A DNA stretch of 12,984 nt from an uncultured virus (IMG/VR IMGVR_UViG_2504643024_000001) (taxonomy: Duplodnaviria; Heunggongvirae; Uroviricota; Caudoviricetes). The position numbers were made by a program, and so were the translations under genes. Below the pieces are notes generated by a model. It was not told the DNA's origin and did not search any database. It saw only the letters and a list, made by a program, of their open reading frames with translations. This document shows, piece by piece, positions 7,240 through 12,984 of this stretch; positions within the stretch are counted from its first letter, which is position 1, and each line of letters begins with the position of its first letter. The stretch is taken from the IMG/VR virus record IMGVR_UViG_2504643024_000001; one strand, written 5' to 3'.

Positions 7240-7665
7240 ATGAGCTTTTCTATTCTAGGTCCCATTTTAGAGGGCGGCACGAAGCTGCCTTTCTGCTCTT
7301 TTCGGGTCCCTGCCGGATTTCCATCACCAGCAGCTGACCATATCGAGCAGCACATCTCACTGGATGAGGTCTTGAATATCCGGGCGCCGCACGTCTACCT
7401 GGTTACGATCACTGGCGACAGCATGCAAGGGGTGGGCATCTTTGAGGGTGATCTGGCGGTAGTGGATCGCTCAATCGAGGCGGTGCACGGACATATTGTC
7501 GTCGCATTGCTGAACAACGATCCGGTCTGTAAGCGTCTGTGCAAGCGCGGCAAAGAGGTGATCCTGCTGTCGGAAAATCCGAGATACCCGGCTCGATATA
7601 TCCTTGAGGGTGACGAGCTATCAATTTGGGGTGTGATCACCAGCAGCGTGCGCAGCCATGTCTAA
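7240..7665 (+). CDS. umuD: DNA polymerase V subunit UmuD/RulA (S24 peptidase)
   Basis: VPAGFPSPA autocleavage region, GDSM (catalytic Ser) and CKRL (catalytic Lys). Overlaps umuC by 8 bp. Confidence 0.95.
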   Translation: MSFSILGPILEGGTKLPFCSFRVPAGFPSPAADHIEQHISLDEVLNIRAPHVYLVTITGDSMQGVGIFEGDLAVVDRSIEAVHGHIVVALLNNDPVCKRLCKRGKEVILLSENPRYPARYILEGDELSIWGVITSSVRSHV

Positions 7666-8932
7666 GCCACCAGTTTTTGGTCTGATCGACTGCAATAGTT
7701 TCTACGCCAGTTGCGAGCGCGTATTTCGCCCGGACTTGGCGAAGGTCCCGATCGTGGTCCTTTCGAACAACGACGGCTGTGTCATCGCGCGAAGCTATGA
7801 CGCCAAGCCCTTCGTAAAAATGGGCGAGCCGTATTTCCAGATCAAGCACAAGCTGCAGCAACACGGCATCGTCGCGTTCTCGTCGAATTACGCCCTGTAC
7901 GGTGACATGAGCGAGCGGGTCATGAGCCTGATTGAGTCCATGGTCCCGGCGGTGGAGGTGTACAGCATCGACGAGGCCTTTGCCGACCTCACCGGTATCG
8001 ACGGGCTGGACGTGCTCGGCCGACAGATTCGCAGCCAGGTGCTGCGGTGCACTGGCATCCCGGTCGGCGTTGGCATCGCGGCTACTAAGACCTTGGCCAA
8101 ACTGGCCAACCACACGGCAAAACGCTTGCAGGCCCAGACCGGTGGCGTCGTGAACATTTGCGACCAGGTAAAGCGCGATTGGGTGCTGCGTAATACCGAC
8201 GTGGCCGAGGTGTGGGGCGTGGGGCGGCGCATGAAAATGCACCTGAATGCCATGGGTATCAAAACGGCGATGGACCTGGCCAAGTCCGATGCGTGGACGC
8301 TGCGCAAGAATTTCAGCGTGGTGATCGAGAAGACGGCGCGGGAACTGGCGGGTACGCCGTGCCTGGAGTTGGACGAGCCGCCCCCCCAAAAACAGGAGAT
8401 CTGTTGTAGCCGGATGTTCGGTAAGCGGCTGAAGGAGCTGCCCCCCATCAAGGAGGCGGTGGCCACGTACATGATGCGAGCATCGGAGAAGCTCAGAGCC
8501 CAGAACTCGCTGTGCAAAAAGATCAGGGTGAGTATCCGCACTGGAATGTTCAATCCCGAGGAGGCCAAATACGCGAACGGCGTGGTGGTGGACCTGCCTT
8601 ACCCGACAGACGATGTTCGTTTGCTGACCAAGGCGGCTGTCGATGCGCTTGATCGAGTATTCCGGCCTGGATTCAACTACAGCAAAGCCGAGGTGATGCT
8701 CCTGAATCTGTGCCAGCCGGGTGAGTACACGGACGATCTGTTCGCCACTTCCCAGCCGACTGAGGCGACAAGGGTGATGGCGGTGTTGGACCAGATCAAC
8801 GGGCGGTGGGGTAAAGGTACGCTTCGGCCCGCCAGCGTGCCGACGAATCCCGACTGGGGCATGCGCCGGGAAATGATGAGCCAAAGTTATACCACTAAGC
8901 TTGATCAGTTATGGAAAATCAGTTGTAGCTAG
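7658..8932 (+). CDS. umuC: Y-family DNA polymerase V subunit UmuC/RulB
   Basis: DCNSFYASCE, VLSNNDGC, YSIDE, TKTLAKLAN, VWGVGRR and the C-terminal WGMRREMMSQSYTT tail. Full length at 424 aa. Confidence 0.96.
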   Translation: MSKPPVFGLIDCNSFYASCERVFRPDLAKVPIVVLSNNDGCVIARSYDAKPFVKMGEPYFQIKHKLQQHGIVAFSSNYALYGDMSERVMSLIESMVPAVEVYSIDEAFADLTGIDGLDVLGRQIRSQVLRCTGIPVGVGIAATKTLAKLANHTAKRLQAQTGGVVNICDQVKRDWVLRNTDVAEVWGVGRRMKMHLNAMGIKTAMDLAKSDAWTLRKNFSVVIEKTARELAGTPCLELDEPPPQKQEICCSRMFGKRLKELPPIKEAVATYMMRASEKLRAQNSLCKKIRVSIRTGMFNPEEAKYANGVVVDLPYPTDDVRLLTKAAVDALDRVFRPGFNYSKAEVMLLNLCQPGEYTDDLFATSQPTEATRVMAVLDQINGRWGKGTLRPASVPTNPDWGMRREMMSQSYTTKLDQLWKISCS

Positions 8933-8945
8933 ATGACTTTTTCCA

Positions 8946-9707
8946 TTAAGGGAGTTCGATAATATTTATTTGAACTTTGTTTTGTTCTGCTATTTCGTCA
9001 ATTCCAGCTATGATCGATTCCCGGTTTTGCATTAGAGTTTTTGACAGCATGTTGGTGTGAAATGGCCATTCATCACAAAATAAGCCGTTATTCAAGAGGA
9101 AACTGGTTCGCTGTGTTCCCTCATACATGTATACGAGTGCCAAGGCAGTTTCTTTGCTATAAATTTTCTTGTTAAATATCCGTCTGGATACGGTGATAGG
9201 CCTATGACGCTTCATGTGGCGATAGACAATTGATTCAGGTGATTCAGCTGGTTTGCATTTTATGGCTGAGCTTTCTGTGATAAGGATTAGATCTATCTTT
9301 GAATTAAATTCAAGAAATGGGTTTGGTTTTATTTCCAGTTCGGAATATTTTTCTGGTACAAATGTTGTGGCTTCTAAGCCTTTAATGACTAGAGGAGGGT
9401 CAAATTTTTGTAGGCGGAAATATCGATTGGTTTTTTTAAAAATGACATTGATTTCATATATGATTAATGGCTTGTCCTTTAGATTTGCTATTGATAAAGA
9501 AGTTATGCTTAATGGGCTATTTGAGGATGCGCCTATCGTTGCAAAATATACAGCTTTGTTGCCCCATTTTTTGCTTGCTGTCGTTAGTCCAATTGCGACA
9601 CCGAGAATTGCGGCAAGGTTGCGCAGGTCGTTTAAGTCTACAAGCGACTTAAGAGGGGAGAAATCAATTGAGACGATGGTAGTTAAGAGGCTTTGAAAAT
9701 AATCCAT
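8946..9707 (-). CDS. Hypothetical AT-rich protein with an N-terminal hydrophobic/TM segment
   Basis: Long ORF in the most AT-rich part of the window. The probable start is ATG 9707 (MDYFQ..., 253 aa). It has the hydrophobic segment LAAILGVAIGLTTA followed by a beta-rich stretch (LSIANLKDKPLIIYEINVIF). It converges on umuC with a 13-bp gap. Confidence 0.7.
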   Translation of the reverse strand: MDYFQSLLTTIVSIDFSPLKSLVDLNDLRNLAAILGVAIGLTTASKKWGNKAVYFATIGASSNSPLSITSLSIANLKDKPLIIYEINVIFKKTNRYFRLQKFDPPLVIKGLEATTFVPEKYSELEIKPNPFLEFNSKIDLILITESSAIKCKPAESPESIVYRHMKRHRPITVSRRIFNKKIYSKETALALVYMYEGTQRTSFLLNNGLFCDEWPFHTNMLSKTLMQNRESIIAGIDEIAEQNKVQINIIELP

Positions 9708-9863
9708 TTTTAGCCTGCGAGAGTAATCTGGGGGTAGGAATAAAAATCTGCTGCGTCCGCGTAGAATAGCGATGCCTGGTGCCAAGAAGAAGCCATTTGA
9801 GAGGATGAGCTAATGCGCCAATGGCCGAAATTGAGCTCTTTCAACTCCCAATCACATTGATCG

Positions 9864-10445
9864 CTAGGGATGAGGCAGATCTGTAACTACGCAGCTTTCT
9901 ACGATCCGGGATAATAGCGATTTCACATCCGCGCTGATCCGATCAAATGTGGCTGACGTGATATCCCACTCTCCATCGGAATGGGCGAACAGCCCCTTTT
10001 TTGGCCAAAAGGCGTAGTGAATCTTTCTCCGGCCGCCATTGTTATCTACGATTTCCACAATCTGAGATTCATGCTTTTGACCGGGCAAGCGCTGATCAAT
10101 GTGTTCAAATGCTTCACGCCCTTTGGCATAGTGCGAAAACCAGCGATCTTTTAACTCAGCCAGCTCTGGGCGAAAAGCATCAAAAGCAGGATCGTCCACT
10201 GACTTGGCCAAGTACCTATACACGTTCCTCAGCGAGATAAAGTAGAAGTGGATGTCAATCAAGATGTCCTGGTAGTACTTGTTCGTAACTTCAACATCCT
10301 GCTGGCTAGGCGGTATTTCCCGATTCCAGATTCTCCACACCTGAGTTTCAGCGGCTCTCAAGGAGCGGAACGCAAAATCGACGCAATGGACCGTCGCGCC
10401 TGATCGGCTTGCAGTCATCACTTTGAGAATTTCATCATCATTCAT
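9864..10445 (-). CDS. Hypothetical protein with a HEPN-like R-x4-H motif
   Basis: 193 aa, RBS AAGGTGGTGA. Helical-looking, with 'DIHFYFISLRNVYRYL' and 'GREAFEHIDQRL' (R110-x4-H115). The ORF is well supported; the HEPN call is inference. Confidence 0.62.
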   Translation of the reverse strand: MNDDEILKVMTASRSGATVHCVDFAFRSLRAAETQVWRIWNREIPPSQQDVEVTNKYYQDILIDIHFYFISLRNVYRYLAKSVDDPAFDAFRPELAELKDRWFSHYAKGREAFEHIDQRLPGQKHESQIVEIVDNNGGRRKIHYAFWPKKGLFAHSDGEWDITSATFDRISADVKSLLSRIVESCVVTDLPHP

Positions 10446-10632
10446 GTCTCACCACCTTAGGGAGCCGTCATCAGGGTCAGCTTATGGGCCGTTTATAACG
10501 ATAAACACGCGCTTCTGGCCCACGAAACGACTTTATGCCCATTTCCCGACATCGAGTCATCGGGAAGATTAGCTCGGTAAACGAGTCGAGTTACCGCCAA
10601 AGTTGTTAGAAGTTCCAATGTCTATTTTTGGC

Positions 10633-10793
10633 CCAGGCTGTGTGAAAACGTTTTTGAGCAGGTTTGACAGCCAGGACTGGAGCGAAAATCGCGTTCCTAC
10701 GCAAATTTTCGGGCTGCTGATTAACCAAACGCTGGCAGATTTTACGTAGCAACGCAGACTTCAAAACGGCGCATGCGTTTTCACACAGCCTGG
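10633..10793. mobile_element. MITE with IS1182-family-type terminal inverted repeats
   Basis: Perfect 18-bp IR: CCAGGCTGTGTGAAAACG (10633-10650) / CGTTTTCACACAGCCTGG (10776-10793). The same end motif precedes the IS1182 transposase fragment at 11316. No credible coding capacity. Confidence 0.8.
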
Positions 10794-10881
10794 ACCAAAA
10801 GCTGTCTAGCAAAAATATTTACATTGGCAATCGTTAGGTTTGCCTGGGGCCATCCTGAAATTTTCTCGGGAAGGTTGATGC

Positions 10882-11097
10882 CTAGCCGAGATTCGTACCC
10901 CTGAGTTTGGCCAAGCCCTGCTTGATGTGGCCAGCGTTTTCTCCAACAGCTTCCAGAGCACCACGGACATTGTCACCTACCTCTTGCGAACCCCGCTGTT
11001 CCACCCACAACGTCAGCTCCATTACCGCCGCCTCCAAGGCGAGCTGATTGTCGTAGATCCTTTCCAGTACGTCGGGTAGTGAGTAATCGCCTGGCAT
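10882..11097 (-). CDS. Small conserved Pseudomonas hypothetical protein
   Basis: 71 aa, RBS GGAG. 'YSLPDVLERIYDNQLALEAAVMELTLWVEQRG...HIKQGLAKL' resembles a small helical protein recalled from Pseudomonas prophage/island ends. Confidence 0.7.
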   Translation of the reverse strand: MPGDYSLPDVLERIYDNQLALEAAVMELTLWVEQRGSQEVGDNVRGALEAVGENAGHIKQGLAKLRGTNLG

Positions 11098-11152
11098 GGG
11101 GTCGACTCCGTTCGATAAAATCCAAGCATAGCAGCGACAGTGGTGAAGAGGT

Positions 11153-11181
11153 TTAGGGCAAAATTAGGGCAAATTCAGGGC
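11153..11181. repeat. Tandem 11-bp-period repeats, possible integrase arm-type sites
   Basis: TTAGGGCAAA at 11153 and 11164, plus a partial TCAGGGC at 11175. They lie about 80 bp from a tRNA T-arm-like sequence. Confidence 0.5.
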
Positions 11182-11262
11182 CGCCATATACCGCAGGACG
11201 CCATGAGAACAGGACGAAAGCACCGTATTTTCTGGCCTGAGGCGGCCTAAAGGGATGCAAGA

Positions 11263-11279
11263 AGGGGTTCGAATCCCTA
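11263..11279 (+). other. tRNA T-arm-like fragment (possible degenerate att core)
   Basis: AGGGGTTCGAATCCCTA contains the TTCGAAT T-loop in a short stem. There is no acceptor stem or CCA. Confidence 0.4.
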
Positions 11280-11315
11280 TCCTGATAGATGCGATAGTAC
11301 GGCAACAATCGACCC

Positions 11316-11456
11316 AGACTGTGTGAAAACTCCAGCGGTTGTTTAACCTTCTGATCGTCTAGATCGTGGCGCGGGACGATCATGAAGCGATTCATTGAGG
11401 GGGAGGCTCGGACGCAAGTCACTTTGCTGCCGGAGTGCCTGGACGATTACGTTTGA
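11316..11456 (+). mobile_element. IS1182-family left end with a truncated transposase (24 codons)
   Basis: AGACTGTGTGAAAAC end. ATG 11382 reads MKRFIEGEARTQVTLLPECLDDYV*, the characteristic IS1182-family N-terminus. Confidence 0.85.
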
Positions 11457-11477
11457 ATCGCCCCTGGTTTAATAGAC
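11454..11477. mobile_element. Isolated IS3-family-like terminal inverted repeat
   Basis: TGAATCGCCCCTGGTTTAATAGAC resembles IS3-family (IS51-group-like) ends. It begins exactly where the IS1182 ORF is cut, and its TGA supplies the stop. Confidence 0.6.
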
Positions 11478-11520
11478 GTATGCGTCCGGCAAAGTCATCT
11501 AGCCCGCTCTGCTAAGCCAA

Positions 11521-11802
11521 GATGACGATGCAGTACCCATAGACAACAATCACGCCGAGCAGCAGATAAGGCCGTGGGCTTTGGGCCGCAAGAGCTGGCT
11601 CTTTGCTGGGTCGTTGCGCACCGACAAACGCGCGGCGACACAGATGAGTCTGATCCAATCAGCCAAGCTTAATGGGCATGCTCCGTACGAGTATTTGAAG
11701 GACGTGCTGGCGCGGCTGCCGACGCAACGGGCGAGCGAGATCGCCGAGCTGTTGCTGCATAACTGTATGCCGTTACGCAACCTGTAATGCCTGCTCGCTT
11801 AC
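11521..11802 (+). mobile_element. tnpC: IS66-family TnpC C-terminal fragment and right end
   Basis: The frame from 11521 reads [31 protein letters not shown]...[25 protein letters not shown]...ELLLH. It is followed by CGCTTAC (11796-11802), the reverse complement of the GTAAGCG IS66 terminus. Confidence 0.88.
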
Positions 11803-11979
11803 AAATGTCATCTGCAAATCCGCCATTAACACGGGCTAAAATTACAGATGATTCAGATTTGTAGTTTCCTCAAGTCACAGTTTCAGGCACGACAGCGTCA
11901 GAATATTTTTTGTGCAGCTGGAAGCCTTCACTCCCGTGCCCTATAGTTTAAAAATTCCGCCAACGGGTAGCAGTTAACC

Positions 11980-12984
11980 ATGACTCCTCTCGCCAATAGG
12001 TTGCGTTATCGTCTTGCTCTTTGCTTTTTTTTCACACTTTCTGGTGAGGCCAGTGCGGCTAAGCTTTATATGGCCTTCACCCCTGACAATCATTACTACA
12101 ATGTCTTTGCAGATAGCGAAACGGCTGCAAAGCAACGGATCGAGAGTAAATCTGGCCGTACTGTTTCCGGAATGATTTCCTGTGAGCGGGGCTGGGCAGC
12201 CTTATGGGGAATTGAAAACTTCAATGTGCGAGGCGCAGGCGCAATTGGGGTCACCTGTAACCACGGAAGCCAGATGAGCGCCCTTAAAGGCGCGCTCAAT
12301 GAGTGCCAGAATCGTTACGGACGCAGCTGCCTCAACTCCAATGACGGCAGGGTCACCGCTTCGGTCTGGAAAGTACTTAAGCATGATCTGGAAGGGCCCA
12401 CTGATAATGTCTTCAACCTCAGTGGTGACCGCTGTACAGTGACAGCGGGTGCTCCACAGTTCGAAAGCTGCAATATCCCTGACGAGCTCCGTAGTCTTGG
12501 CCTACAAATAAACGGTAATCCACAAGAAAACCCCACTCGCTATCCAGACGAGCCTGGCCCGGTAGCTTCTAGCATTCCGGGTACTTCAGCGCAGAAAGGC
12601 GTTCAGGCTACCTTACTTTATCGCTGTGCGTTCAAAGCACTAGCCCACTACCGGACTAAGGAACGATTCAGTATTTGGGGAACCCCGAAAAAAGGGCAAT
12701 ACCTAGTCGCAGTCGAGCCCGACAAAAGTCCCGTTATCGCAGCCAAAGGCTTCGGCACGCCGGCATACGGAAATTTCTCTCTCACATTCTCCGATAAAGT
12801 CACAATCACCGTGACCGAAGATGGCTGGAGTACCACTAGCCTGGACCGCATCGAGAACAAGAATTCGCTGTACGGCGAGGTCTCGTCTAAAGACAGTAAG
12901 GCGGGCGGCGGCTGTGTTTACGTAGCCGGACCGGAACGTGAGCAGGAGCATGAGAAGCGCGTGTTCGATGTGATCACCAAGTAG
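11980..12984 (+). CDS. Secreted Cys-rich hypothetical protein, N-terminal region DUF4189-like
   Basis: 334 aa, complete (TAG at the window end). Sec signal peptide ending ASA|AK. The pattern 'C..GWAAL...G..C......A...ALNEC...GRSC' is DUF4189-like. A Pro-rich linker precedes a second domain. Confidence 0.6.
   Translation: MTPLANRLRYRLALCFFFTLSGEASAAKLYMAFTPDNHYYNVFADSETAAKQRIESKSGRTVSGMISCERGWAALWGIENFNVRGAGAIGVTCNHGSQMSALKGALNECQNRYGRSCLNSNDGRVTASVWKVLKHDLEGPTDNVFNLSGDRCTVTAGAPQFESCNIPDELRSLGLQINGNPQENPTRYPDEPGPVASSIPGTSAQKGVQATLLYRCAFKALAHYRTKERFSIWGTPKKGQYLVAVEPDKSPVIAAKGFGTPAYGNFSLTFSDKVTITVTEDGWSTTSLDRIENKNSLYGEVSSKDSKAGGGCVYVAGPEREQEHEKRVFDVITK

Noticed and set aside
7637..8884. 415-aa and 226-aa minus-strand ORFs
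   Set aside because: Antisense shadows of GC-rich umuC with no recognisable motifs.
10543..10566. Hairpin TTCCCGA/TCGGGAA as a terminator or attC site
   Set aside because: A 7-bp stem with no U-tract and no RYYYAAC...GTTRRRY integron boundaries.
10606..10812. 68-aa minus-strand ORF
   Set aside because: It spans the MITE and is most likely spurious.
11240..11300. Complete tRNA gene
   Set aside because: Only a T-arm-like fragment is present, with no D-arm, anticodon arm, acceptor stem or CCA.

Overview
This looks like an accessory region of a Pseudomonas-like genome (inferred from recognisable protein families). Its core is a heavily deleted cryptic prophage of about 2.5-11.3 kb, surrounded by insertion-sequence debris. 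Left to right: the 3' end (domains V-VI) of a decayed group II intron; a DUF6056/GT-C-like polytopic membrane protein; an IS21-like end with five 22-23-bp repeats; an in-frame chimeric ORF carrying a tyrosine-integrase catalytic domain; short fragments of early genes and a GH19 endolysin; apparently intact nested Rz/Rz1 spanins; a structured spacer with a LexA box; a Dam-like adenine methylase; an AT-rich ApeA-like HEPN gene; a divergent SRAP / LexA box / umuDC (rulAB-like) cassette; two co-oriented orphans (one membrane-anchored, one with an R-x4-H HEPN-like motif); an IS1182-type MITE; a small conserved hypothetical; att-like sequences; stacked IS1182/IS3/IS66 relics; and a secreted Cys-rich protein. 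The best candidates for new biology are the two HEPN-type cargo loci flanking the SOS cassette and a possible SOS-controlled antisense sRNA upstream of the methylase. All family calls come from motif recognition by eye; no database search was run.
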